A DNA stretch of 64,000 bases from positions 6,354 to 70,353 of the forward strand of contig CAXBDQ010000012.1 of the NCBI GenBank assembly GCA_963974675.1, given 5' to 3'. The stretch's first letter is position 1. Each line of letters starts with the position of its first letter. The notes beneath the pieces were generated by a model. The model did not search any database. It saw only the letters and a program-made list of their open reading frames with translations, and had not been told where the DNA came from. The stretch comes from an uncultured Porticoccus sp. Lineage in GTDB: Bacteria > Pseudomonadota > Gammaproteobacteria > Pseudomonadales > Porticoccaceae. This document shows, piece after piece, positions 53,334 through 62,790 of this stretch. The position numbers and the translations under genes are program-made.

Positions 53334-54800
53334 GTGAGGACATTGCAAGTGAAATTTAAGGGCCATAAGTCTATATGCTCTCTCAAAGAAAACATAATTC
53401 TATTAATAGATAAAGGTGACACGGATAAGGCACTACGATTAATACATGATTTTGTTGAATATATTTTAACTGAGCCTCTTTATGTCTCTCAGGTTTTTGG
53501 TTCTAAAACGCTAGATGCATTATGTCAGCGTATAGGTCAAATTAACCTAGAAAAAATCAAACCTGAAATTGATGAAATAAACCATCCTCAATTAGATAAG
53601 CAGGCATATGTTTATATTGTCACTAAACTACAAAATTCTGGCGGCCACACAAGGGTTATTGAGGACTTCATTAAATCTAGGCCACAAGATCGACATTTCA
53701 TACTATCGACAGGTTTGGCCGGAAAATCAGATTCTGACTATCTGCTTGAGAAATTAGACAAAAAAATTGACACCACCTTCGAGCAGGCGCCAAAAGGAAA
53801 TTTTCAGAAACGATTAACATGGCTGCAAAAACGTCTACTTAAAATCCAGCCGAAAAGAGTGTATTTGTTTAATCATCACCAAGATAGTGTTGCCGTATCT
53901 GCCATACAGCCCGAAATGAACATCAATACCAGCTTTTATCATCATGGTGATCACCATTTGTGTTTAGGTGTTTATCTGCGAAATATTGAACATATCGACC
54001 CACACCCTATGGGTTATCACAATTGCCGGGGTCTACTTGGTATAAAAAATACTTACATTCCTTTAACCATCGATGATCAAGGAAAAAGACCTGCTGACAG
54101 GCAATTTCTACAAAATGGAAAGCTCACCACCTGTACAGCAGCCAGATCTAATAAAATTGAACAGCCCTACTTTATAAGTTACGTTAAGGTGGTACCTAAA
54201 ATTTTGAAGGCTACAGGCGGCAAACATGTCCATATTGGGAAGCTGTCGCTTTGGGCTCGATTAAAACTCTGTAGAGAGCTTAAGAATAATGCTATTCCTA
54301 ACGAACGATTTATATACATACCCTGGGTTCCAAGTGTGTGGGAAGCTTTACACAAATATCAAGTAGACTTATATATTGCATCCTTTCCATACGGAGGTGG
54401 ACTTACTTTGATTGAGGCCATGGGCGCAGGGGTTCCAGTAGCAGTGCATAAACATATTTTTTCTCGTATTTTAAGCGGTATTGATCTCGCATATCCTAAA
54501 GCTTTTAGCTGGAAGCACCCGAATGAACTGTTTAGCTATTGTGCTTCATTAACCTCGGAGCACCTTGAACAATTAGGGCAGCTAGCTCGTATTCAATATG
54601 AAAAATATCATACCAATAGCAACCTATATGAGATGCTTAACAATAAGAACCATGGAACCACTATCCACAAAGATACGGAAAGTACATTTTCTGTAGAAAG
54701 AGATGAATGGGCTATGTGGGTAGAAAGTCAATTAAACATTAAAACCATGCTCTCAAAAATAGTTTACCGCATACTTAGAAAAATAAGGTCCCGATTGTAA
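53334..54800 (+). CDS. Hypothetical GT-B-fold glycosyltransferase-like protein
   Basis: SGGHTRVIEDFI near the N-terminus and DLYIASFPYGGGLTLIEAMGAGVPV near the C-terminus; GTG start. Confidence 0.65.
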   Translation: MRTLQVKFKGHKSICSLKENIILLIDKGDTDKALRLIHDFVEYILTEPLYVSQVFGSKTLDALCQRIGQINLEKIKPEIDEINHPQLDKQAYVYIVTKLQNSGGHTRVIEDFIKSRPQDRHFILSTGLAGKSDSDYLLEKLDKKIDTTFEQAPKGNFQKRLTWLQKRLLKIQPKRVYLFNHHQDSVAVSAIQPEMNINTSFYHHGDHHLCLGVYLRNIEHIDPHPMGYHNCRGLLGIKNTYIPLTIDDQGKRPADRQFLQNGKLTTCTAARSNKIEQPYFISYVKVVPKILKATGGKHVHIGKLSLWARLKLCRELKNNAIPNERFIYIPWVPSVWEALHKYQVDLYIASFPYGGGLTLIEAMGAGVPVAVHKHIFSRILSGIDLAYPKAFSWKHPNELFSYCASLTSEHLEQLGQLARIQYEKYHTNSNLYEMLNNKNHGTTIHKDTESTFSVERDEWAMWVESQLNIKTMLSKIVYRILRKIRSRL

Positions 54801-54987
54801 ACTAAAATCTCTCTTATTTAGTTACTTGTAAGAACTATATTTAAACTAAGAACTCCACCCTCGAATAGTCAGATTTAAGCAGGTAAAATGAAAGATATAT
54901 TGTCTTGTTAAACTATATATCTAGGATTCTCCTATCAACAGGGTACGTAATACCTATTTGTAAATTAAGGATATAAAAAGGTAACAA

Positions 54988-55884
54988 ATGTCCATGGGTA
55001 TTAGTATTTCAATTATTATTGTTAATTACAATTCAGGGGAGTTTTTGCGCGACTGTATCAATTCTTTGTTTCCCTCTCCTATAGAAATGGAAGTCATTGT
55101 CGTTGACAATGCCTCTTCGGATGGAAGCCTTAATACCATCGATGCCATGCCCCAAGTAACTATTATTCCAAATGATAAAAACTTAGGTTTTTCTACCGGA
55201 TGTAATATCGGAATAAAAGCTTCAAGCGCAAATTATTTATTATTTTTGAACCCGGACTGTACTGTTTCACGCGATACGATTATGCAATTGTTGGACTATT
55301 TACAAGCCCATGATCAAGCTGGAATGGTCGGAGGGTTACTCGTATATCCCGATGGAACTGAGCAAGGTGGTGGACGTAGATCTATTCCAACCCCATGGAG
55401 AACCTTGGTGAGAGCATTGGGATTAACTCGATTTTCGAACCGTTGGCCAAACTTGTTCACAGATTTTCATTTGCACAAACAACCGTTACCCACTGAACCT
55501 GTTGAGGTGGAAGCTATTTCAGGGGCATGCATGCTAATAAAACGAAAGGCATTAGACGATGTAGGGCTTTGGGATGAAGGCTATTTTTTACATTGTGAAG
55601 ATTTAGACTATTGCATGCGCTTTCGAAAAAACGGCTGGAAAATAATGTTTTTACCTCAAGCAAAAGTTGTGCACGAACACGGTGCTTGCAGCAAAAGTAG
55701 GCCCTTCTTTGTCGAATGGCACAAACACAAAGGAATGCTTCGGTTTTATCGGAAATTTTTCAGGCAGCAGTATCCACATGTACTTTGGTGCGGAGTTGTC
55801 TTTGGTGTTTGGTTTCGTTTTGTAGTGGTATCAAGCTACCATTTAGTCAAGCTAACTCTAGCGAAAACTGGGCTTACTAAATGA
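54988..55884 (+). CDS. Glycosyltransferase family 2, probable rhamnosyltransferase (WbiF-like)
   Basis: IIIVNYNS, VVDNASSDGS, N.GFSTGCN, FLNPD, HCEDLDYC. Confidence 0.88.
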   Translation: MSMGISISIIIVNYNSGEFLRDCINSLFPSPIEMEVIVVDNASSDGSLNTIDAMPQVTIIPNDKNLGFSTGCNIGIKASSANYLLFLNPDCTVSRDTIMQLLDYLQAHDQAGMVGGLLVYPDGTEQGGGRRSIPTPWRTLVRALGLTRFSNRWPNLFTDFHLHKQPLPTEPVEVEAISGACMLIKRKALDDVGLWDEGYFLHCEDLDYCMRFRKNGWKIMFLPQAKVVHEHGACSKSRPFFVEWHKHKGMLRFYRKFFRQQYPHVLWCGVVFGVWFRFVVVSSYHLVKLTLAKTGLTK

Positions 55885-56774
55885 CGGATCAACCTGTTGG
55901 AATCATTGGTGCAACTAGTCTAGTAGGAGGCTTTACACTATCACTTCTAACTGAGAAGAATTATAAAATTAATGCCTACACCCGCCAGCCCTCTCTAGTT
56001 CAAAAAGGCCCAGTAAATTGGCACCAATTGGGTCTTCCAAAAGAGCCCCCCTTCATACCCAGCTCTTCGATACAACAAGAAGCTACCCCCCTGTGGATTT
56101 GTGTTGCGCCAATATGGGTAGCACCTCAATATTTTAATTTTTTAATACAAAAGGGTATTAAACGGATAGTCCTACTTTCTTCTACAAGCCTTTACACAAA
56201 AGCCGTTTCTAAAGATGCCGAAGAACAATCAACCGCACTCCGCCTGAAAGAATCGGAGGAATTGATAAAAACATGGGCAAAGGAAAATAATATTGAATGG
56301 GTCATTTTACGTCCCACCCTAATATATGGCCTTGGTCGAGATAAAAATATCGCTGAAATAACACGCTTTATCAAAAAATTTGGCTTTTTCCCGTTATTTG
56401 GAAAAGCTCTTGGGTTACGACAACCAGTACATGCTGAAGATGTAGCGAATGCTTGTATTTCGGCTCTAGAATCACCCTCTGCGCTCAACCGCTCGTACAA
56501 CATATCTGGAGGAGAAACCATTACCTATCGTAAAATGGTTTCAAGGATCTTCGATGCACTAGGGAAACGCCCCTATTTCATTCCTATCCCGTTACCTTTG
56601 TTTAGATTAGCTGTTACATGTTTGAGGTTATTACCTCGATACGGACATTGGTCTACCTCTATGGCCGAGAGAATGAACCAGGACCTAGTTTTTGATCATA
56701 CCGCAGCAACTGAGGAATTCTGCTATACAGCGAGAAAATTTTTCCCAGCAAGAAAAGATCTAGGCGAATTTTAA
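55881..56774 (+). CDS. NAD-dependent epimerase/reductase (extended or atypical SDR)
   Basis: GATSLVG, LSSTS, LRPTLIYG, RQPVHAEDVA, YNISGGE. Confidence 0.85.
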   Translation: MTDQPVGIIGATSLVGGFTLSLLTEKNYKINAYTRQPSLVQKGPVNWHQLGLPKEPPFIPSSSIQQEATPLWICVAPIWVAPQYFNFLIQKGIKRIVLLSSTSLYTKAVSKDAEEQSTALRLKESEELIKTWAKENNIEWVILRPTLIYGLGRDKNIAEITRFIKKFGFFPLFGKALGLRQPVHAEDVANACISALESPSALNRSYNISGGETITYRKMVSRIFDALGKRPYFIPIPLPLFRLAVTCLRLLPRYGHWSTSMAERMNQDLVFDHTAATEEFCYTARKFFPARKDLGEF

Positions 56775-56994
56775 GTAAATGCATAAGCCTGCTAAGTAAC
56801 AACTTCACACAGAACATAATACCCCTCTCTTTTGGCAAAATAAGAATCAGACTCCATTACTTCAATCTTTCGTCACGACGGCTCACTTACTAAATAATTA
56901 GACAGCGCTTACATGCAAAACTGGCCTTCTCCCCCTTGCTTTCTCCTCCCTACTTACCCATCATTGCCCGTTTGCTTTTGGAAAAATTCTCTCC

Positions 56995-59880
56995 ATGGAA
57001 AACATCTCGATTCGCGGTGCAAGAACCCATAATTTGAAGTCGGTAGACCTTGATCTGCCCCGTGATAAGCTCATTGTAGTGACAGGTTTATCAGGATCGG
57101 GGAAATCATCGCTGGCCTTCGACACCCTCTATGCCGAGGGGCAACGCCGCTATGTCGAATCGCTCTCAGCCTATGCCCGTCAGTTCCTTTCTATGATGGA
57201 AAAACCGGATGTAGATCATATTGAGGGGCTGTCTCCCGCCATTTCCATTGAGCAAAAATCTACCTCCCACAACCCACGGTCTACGGTGGGAACCATTACT
57301 GAAATTCACGATTACCTGCGCCTTTTATATGCACGTGTTGGTGAACCTCGCTGCCCTGATCACAACGAACCCTTAAAGGCACAAACCATTAGTCAAATGG
57401 TCGACCAAGTATTGGCGTTACCCGAAGACTCTAAGTTGATGCTGCTGGCACCTGTAATACGGGGTAGAAAAGGTGAACATGCCCATATTTTTCAAAGCCT
57501 TCGGGCACAGGGGTTTATCCGGGTCCGAGTTGATGGCTTGGTGGTGGATCTTGATGATGTACCTGAACTGGAAAAGAACAAAAAACACAATATTGAAGTG
57601 GTGGTCGACCGCTTTAAGGTGAAACCCGACTTACAACTTAGGCTATCCGAATCCTTTGAAGCGACTCTGAATCTTTCCGAAGGACTCGCCATTGTGACAA
57701 GTATGGATGGCTCGCCAATTCATTCTTCATTTACTACAGCATCAGCTATTACCGCATGTGACTCATCAACAAACAACAGCACATCAGAAATGCTGTTCTC
57801 TGCTCGATTTGCCTGCCCGGTATGTAACTACAGTATTGATGAACTTGAGCCCAGGATGTTCTCTTTTAACAATCCCGCAGGAGCCTGCCCCGGTTGCGAT
57901 GGCTTGGGCGTTAAGCAATTTTTTGATATTGACAGAGTCGTTCAATATCCGGAGTGCTCCATTTCTGAAGGTGCTATTCGCAGCTGGGATAGAAAAAATC
58001 TTTTTTACTTCAATATGTTGACGTCTATAGCAGACCATTATGGGTTTAATATTGACCACCCCTTTCAAGACTTAGCCCCGCAACACCAGCAAGTGGTTCT
58101 ATTTGGCAGCGGCCAAGAGGTGATTGATTTTAATTATGTGAATGACAAAGGCACCGTGTTCAAACGCTCCCATCAATTTGAGGGGATTGTACCCAACATG
58201 GAGCGACGCTTCCGCGAGACTGAATCTCAAGGTGTACGAGAAGATCTCACTAAATACATGAATACCCAGCACTGCCCGGAATGCGGTGGTGCCCGATTGA
58301 GAAAATCCGCACGGCATGTGTTTATTGATGAAAAACCCCTACCCGAAGTGGGTAATATTCCCGTGGGAGAACTGGCGGACTACTACGAAAACCTTCATTT
58401 AGATGGAAGTAGAGGAGAAATTGCCGAAAAAGTCCTTAAGGAAATCCGAGACCGACTTCGCTTCTTGGTGGATGTCGGCCTTAACTACCTCAATCTAAAC
58501 CGCAGTGCCGACACCCTCTCCGGTGGTGAAGCGCAGCGTATTCGTCTGGCCAGTCAGATTGGTGCTGGACTTGTGGGGGTTATGTACATACTCGATGAAC
58601 CTTCAATTGGACTGCATCAGCGAGATAATGCACGGCTATTGGCCACCCTCACCCGCCTAAGAGATCTTGGTAATACGGTGATTGTGGTTGAGCATGATGA
58701 AGACGCCATTCGCGAAGCAGATTACATTGTCGACATCGGCCCCGGCGCAGGAGTGCATGGAGGGGAAATTATCGCCCAAGGTTCCTATCAGGATATTCTC
58801 AATGAACCACGCTCCCTGACTGGCGATTACCTCTCTGGCCGAAAATCCATTGTTATCCCTAAAAACCGCACCCCAGCCACCAGTAAAAAATTGCTGCTCA
58901 ATGGCGCCAGTGGTAATAATTTACAACAGGTCGATTTAGAACTTTCAGTGGGGTTGCTTACCTGTATTACGGGTGTTTCAGGCTCAGGTAAATCTACCCT
59001 CATCAATGAAACCTTATATCCCATTGCCGCGACAGAATTAAATAAGGCGACAACCCTTAATCCTGCCGCCTATGAATCTATATCTGGCATGGAGCATTTT
59101 GATAAATGCGTGGATATTGATCAGAGTCCTATCGGCCGAACCCCACGCTCTAACCCTGCAACCTATACAGGTATCTTTACCCCCATCCGTGAATTATTTG
59201 CCGGCACACAGGAATCTCGGTCACGCGGTTATAAACCCGGACGCTTCAGTTTTAATGTTAAAGGTGGGCGCTGTGAAGCCTGCCAGGGCGATGGTGTCAC
59301 CAAAGTAGAAATGCACTTCCTACCCGATGTCTATGTGCCCTGTGATGTATGTAAAAGCAAACGCTATAACCGAGAAACTCTGGAGGTTCGTTACAAGGGC
59401 AAAAGCATCCACGAAGTACTGGAATTAACAGTGGAAGATGCTAGAGAATTTTTTGACGCAGTACCCACTATCTCAAGAAAACTACAAACCCTAATGGATG
59501 TGGGTCTCTCTTATATCAAACTGGGGCAAGCAGCCACGACCCTATCTGGAGGCGAAGCCCAAAGGGTTAAACTCTCACGAGAGCTATCTAAACGTGATAC
59601 AGGTAATACTCTTTACATATTGGACGAACCCACCACCGGTTTACACTTTCACGATATTCAACAACTGCTCACCGTGTTACACCACCTGCGTGACCACGGC
59701 AATACCGTTGTCGTCATTGAGCACAACCTGGATGTCATAAAAACTGCTGACTGGATTGTGGACCTGGGCCCGGAAGGAGGCTCCGGGGGCGGAGAAATCA
59801 TTGCCACCGGCACACCAGAGGATGTCGCAAAAATTACCCACTCCCATACTGGGTACTTTTTAAATAAATTGTTGAAATAA
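56995..59880 (+). CDS. uvrA: Excinuclease ABC subunit A
   Basis: [25 protein letters not shown] twice, zinc fingers, GVSGSGKST. Confidence 0.99.
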   Translation: MENISIRGARTHNLKSVDLDLPRDKLIVVTGLSGSGKSSLAFDTLYAEGQRRYVESLSAYARQFLSMMEKPDVDHIEGLSPAISIEQKSTSHNPRSTVGTITEIHDYLRLLYARVGEPRCPDHNEPLKAQTISQMVDQVLALPEDSKLMLLAPVIRGRKGEHAHIFQSLRAQGFIRVRVDGLVVDLDDVPELEKNKKHNIEVVVDRFKVKPDLQLRLSESFEATLNLSEGLAIVTSMDGSPIHSSFTTASAITACDSSTNNSTSEMLFSARFACPVCNYSIDELEPRMFSFNNPAGACPGCDGLGVKQFFDIDRVVQYPECSISEGAIRSWDRKNLFYFNMLTSIADHYGFNIDHPFQDLAPQHQQVVLFGSGQEVIDFNYVNDKGTVFKRSHQFEGIVPNMERRFRETESQGVREDLTKYMNTQHCPECGGARLRKSARHVFIDEKPLPEVGNIPVGELADYYENLHLDGSRGEIAEKVLKEIRDRLRFLVDVGLNYLNLNRSADTLSGGEAQRIRLASQIGAGLVGVMYILDEPSIGLHQRDNARLLATLTRLRDLGNTVIVVEHDEDAIREADYIVDIGPGAGVHGGEIIAQGSYQDILNEPRSLTGDYLSGRKSIVIPKNRTPATSKKLLLNGASGNNLQQVDLELSVGLLTCITGVSGSGKSTLINETLYPIAATELNKATTLNPAAYESISGMEHFDKCVDIDQSPIGRTPRSNPATYTGIFTPIRELFAGTQESRSRGYKPGRFSFNVKGGRCEACQGDGVTKVEMHFLPDVYVPCDVCKSKRYNRETLEVRYKGKSIHEVLELTVEDAREFFDAVPTISRKLQTLMDVGLSYIKLGQAATTLSGGEAQRVKLSRELSKRDTGNTLYILDEPTTGLHFHDIQQLLTVLHHLRDHGNTVVVIEHNLDVIKTADWIVDLGPEGGSGGGEIIATGTPEDVAKITHSHTGYFLNKLLK

Positions 59881-59941
59881 TATATTTAAAAGTCAGCAGT
59901 TAAAGGTATTCGTCTAAAAACTTGATTAAAAACAAGGGCAC

Positions 59942-59977
59942 CTACTCTCTGAATCCTATTTACGAGTCAGAGAGTAG
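59942..59977. repeat. Perfect 11-bp inverted repeat downstream of uvrA
   Basis: ctactctctga-N14-tcagagagtag. Confidence 0.85.
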
Positions 59978-60158
59978 CAATGAAAATATTTTGTTTGGTA
60001 TCACCCCTATCGCAATCACCAACATCTGTATCACATCATTACTAGAAACGATCAAAGAAGAAAAAACTCCGCAGGCTTTCTAATAGAGAGTAGCCGGTCT
60101 TTAATCAACAATCTCAAACACGCTCAACAGACCCACGATTTTTTCAATTAATTCGCTA

Positions 60159-60220
60159 TTGCCATTTTATCAAACACTGTTAATATACTGTACATAAACA
60201 CATACTGTTTAAAAAAACAT
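60159..60220 (+). promoter_or_regulatory. Putative sigma70 promoter overlapped by two tandem LexA-like boxes
   Basis: TTGCCA-N16-TAATAT with TG extension, then TACTGTacataaacACAT (60186) and TACTGTttaaaaaaACAT (60203). Confidence 0.5.
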
Positions 60221-60261
60221 ACAACTGTCACTACATTTAAGAAACAGGCGGGAGAAGAAAC

Positions 60262-60438
60262 ATGTTGAGTACATTGGTATCCAAATTCATTGACATATTG
60301 CGTTCACGTATTCGATTTGCTCGTTATCAACAAACCCTCAACCCCTTTCAACACAACCCACATCCCGTGACACTCGGCCCGGAACAACTCAGCCGATTCT
60401 TTACCTATGTCGCAAACAATGAACGTGTTCGCACCTGA
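60262..60438 (+). CDS. Small hypothetical protein, 58 aa (below the ORF-track cutoff)
   Basis: RBS gggaga 6 nt upstream; MLSTLVSKFIDILRSRIRFARYQQTLNPFQHNPHPVTLGPEQLSRFFTYVANNERVRT. Confidence 0.55.
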   Translation: MLSTLVSKFIDILRSRIRFARYQQTLNPFQHNPHPVTLGPEQLSRFFTYVANNERVRT

Positions 60439-60547
60439 GTTAAAGTTGAGTCAGCTTATACTTCTAACTGTCACCAACCACGCAAAAAGCCTAACCACAA
60501 ACCACCTCCTCAGAAAAGTTGGGTGACCTATCCCCTACCCATAGACA

Positions 60548-60615
60548 TTTATCAGGTCTATCTCCAATTGAAACCTTAAGACTTTTATCAGGTCTATCTC
60601 CAACTGAAACCTTAA
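60548..60615 (+). repeat. Intergenic tandem duplication with 36-bp period, 2 copies
   Basis: tttatcaggtctatctccaa(t/c)tgaaaccttaa at 60548 and 60584. Confidence 0.92.
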
Positions 60616-60710
60616 AAAGGTCCATTAATCACAACATCGTTGTACTCCGCCCAATACACCTATAACCTGATATTTATAAGAGCACAAAAAATTCACAATG
60701 GAATCCACCT

Positions 60711-61322
60711 ATGAAGTATGTAGTCATTACCCTATTACTGGTTTTATCCGGATGTGCCACTCAACATAATCAACAACAAGCTCCTACAGTAAAAGAAATA
60801 CCAAAAGTACAAGAAGTACAAGAAGTACAAGAAGTACAAGAAGTACAAGAAGTACAAGAAGTACAAAAACAGGTTGTGTTAACCAAGGCAGAAGCACCAC
60901 GAGATGAAAGTGCCAAAAAGCCTCCTCAACCCAAAATTGAGAAGCCTATCGCCAACACGGACAAACCAACACCACCGATAACCTTTGAAAATTTGAAAGG
61001 AAATTACTCCTGTATATTGGAATATGCCTATAAAGTCTCAACAGCATCGTCCGTCAAAACGAATGGAGGGATATTGCGAATGACCATTAATGAGCAGGAC
61101 GCGGTCATTCAAAGCACAGGCGCGGCTGTAACATTAAAACTACATTCAAAGTCGGGACGTGGCATTACTGCCACCAACGACACTACAGTTTTCACATATA
61201 ATCGAAATTCTCATGGTTTCACTCTCGACACAGGTATTGGGCGTTCGGGTTTTAATCTTGCAGGAGGGGGGCATACCGGCAATCAGATGAAGATGTTTGG
61301 ATCATGCTCCAAACAAGGATGA
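60711..61322 (+). CDS. Hypothetical lipoprotein with a repeat-containing linker
   Basis: Lipobox LSGC at residue 15, (VQE)6 and Pro/Lys-rich linker, beta-rich C-terminal domain with two Cys. Confidence 0.8.
   Translation: MKYVVITLLLVLSGCATQHNQQQAPTVKEIPKVQEVQEVQEVQEVQEVQEVQKQVVLTKAEAPRDESAKKPPQPKIEKPIANTDKPTPPITFENLKGNYSCILEYAYKVSTASSVKTNGGILRMTINEQDAVIQSTGAAVTLKLHSKSGRGITATNDTTVFTYNRNSHGFTLDTGIGRSGFNLAGGGHTGNQMKMFGSCSKQG
60805..60867 (+). repeat. In-frame 9-bp VNTR, 7 copies
   Basis: (aagtacaag)6 aagtacaaa. Confidence 0.97.
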
Positions 61323-61563
61323 ATGACTCGGTTACGCAATCGATCTAAAAGTGCCTGGGGTTGTATGCCCCGATACGAATTAATTATGGGATGGAGGGCA
61401 ACCCAGCAGGCTAAAGACTTAATCTAGCCTAAGCCCTCCCCCTCGGCTCTTCAAAGCTGGATACAGTGCGCTGCCTGGCCCATAAAATCTTTCATCTAAA
61501 CGATGTCTGCCCTAACAGGTACTGTTAACATACACATTCGGTGGAAATAATTCATGAAACCAT

Positions 61564-62790
61564 ATGAAACAATATTTAGTTGGTGGCGCTGTACGCGATA
61601 AATTACTCAACTATCCGTTTATAGAGCGGGATTGGGTGGTGGTTGGCGCTACCCCCGAAGAGTTACTAAACCAAGGCTTTCAGCAAGTTGGCAGTGACTT
61701 CCCTGTCTTTCTTCACCCGGAAACCAAAGAAGAATACGCCTTGGCACGAACCGAACGAAAATCTGGTACGGGCTATAAAGGCTTTCAAGTTTTTTCCGAC
61801 ACCAGCGTTACATTGGAAGAGGATTTATCGAGGCGTGACCTCACCATCAATGCCATGGCAGAAGATATTAATGGCCAGATCATAGACCCCTATCACGGTC
61901 AAAAAGATCTCTCAAATAAAATTCTTCGTCATGTTTCCAATGCCTTTGTGGAAGATCCCTTACGTGTTCTCCGCGTGGCACGATTTGCTGCCCGCTACCA
62001 CCATCTGGGATTTACAATTGCCGAGGAAACTCTCGCCCTGATGACTGATATTGTCGCCAGCGGGGAATTACAACACCTCACCGCAGAGCGTGTCTGGGTA
62101 GAAACGGAAAAAGCTCTTTCAGAACGGTCACCCCGCACCTATATAGAAGTTTTACGTCAATGTAATGCTCTCAGCGTGCTATTCCCCGAGATAGACCGCC
62201 TATTTGGCGTCGCTCAGCGCGCCGATTATCATCCCGAAATAGACACCGGTCTTCATGTTTTGATGTCGTTAGATCAAGCGACGGTACTTGACGAAGACAC
62301 GGCTACCCGTTTTGCCGTACTCGTCCATGACTTGGGCAAAGGCACTACCCCAGAAAATATTTTGCCTAAACATAGTGGTCACGAAGAAAGGGGCGTTCAG
62401 TTGGTCAATAATCTCTGTGATCGATTAAAAGCGCCCAATCGTTATCGTGAACTGGCCGTGGCTGTAACGCGTTATCACCTGTTATGTCACAAAGCACCTC
62501 ATCTGAGACCCTCGACCATTCTCAAAGTGCTCAAAGGTATTGGCGCACTGAGACAACCCGAAAAACTGGCACAATTTGTTCGTTGTTGCGAGTCTGATGC
62601 CAAAGGTCGCCTGGGGTTCGAAAATAAGCCTTACGAATCAGGCGCGTGGCTAACAAAAGCTTTTGAAGCCATTCAAACCATCGACAATAAGGAATTTATT
62701 CAGCAGGGTCTCAGCGGTCAACAATTGGGCGAAGCGATCGATAGACGACGCCAACAGCTTATTGCTGAATTGAAAGAGCAACAACATTGA
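61564..62790 (+). CDS. cca: Multifunctional CCA tRNA nucleotidyltransferase
   Basis: YLVGGAVRDKLL, ERDWVVVG, EYALARTERK, RRDLTINAMA, EDPLRVLRVARF, HD domain. Confidence 0.98.
   Translation: MKQYLVGGAVRDKLLNYPFIERDWVVVGATPEELLNQGFQQVGSDFPVFLHPETKEEYALARTERKSGTGYKGFQVFSDTSVTLEEDLSRRDLTINAMAEDINGQIIDPYHGQKDLSNKILRHVSNAFVEDPLRVLRVARFAARYHHLGFTIAEETLALMTDIVASGELQHLTAERVWVETEKALSERSPRTYIEVLRQCNALSVLFPEIDRLFGVAQRADYHPEIDTGLHVLMSLDQATVLDEDTATRFAVLVHDLGKGTTPENILPKHSGHEERGVQLVNNLCDRLKAPNRYRELAVAVTRYHLLCHKAPHLRPSTILKVLKGIGALRQPEKLAQFVRCCESDAKGRLGFENKPYESGAWLTKAFEAIQTIDNKEFIQQGLSGQQLGEAIDRRRQQLIAELKEQQH

Noticed and set aside
56775-56994. LexA box upstream of uvrA
   Set aside because: No CTG-N10-CAG found in the intergenic region
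60548-60615. CRISPR array (36-bp period, contains ATTGAAAC)
   Set aside because: Only two copies, adjacent with no spacer, and no cas genes in the window
61506-61530. Integron attC site (ccctaac...gttaaca)
   Set aside because: Cores are too close, there are no L boxes, the RYYYAAC match is imperfect, and no integrase is present
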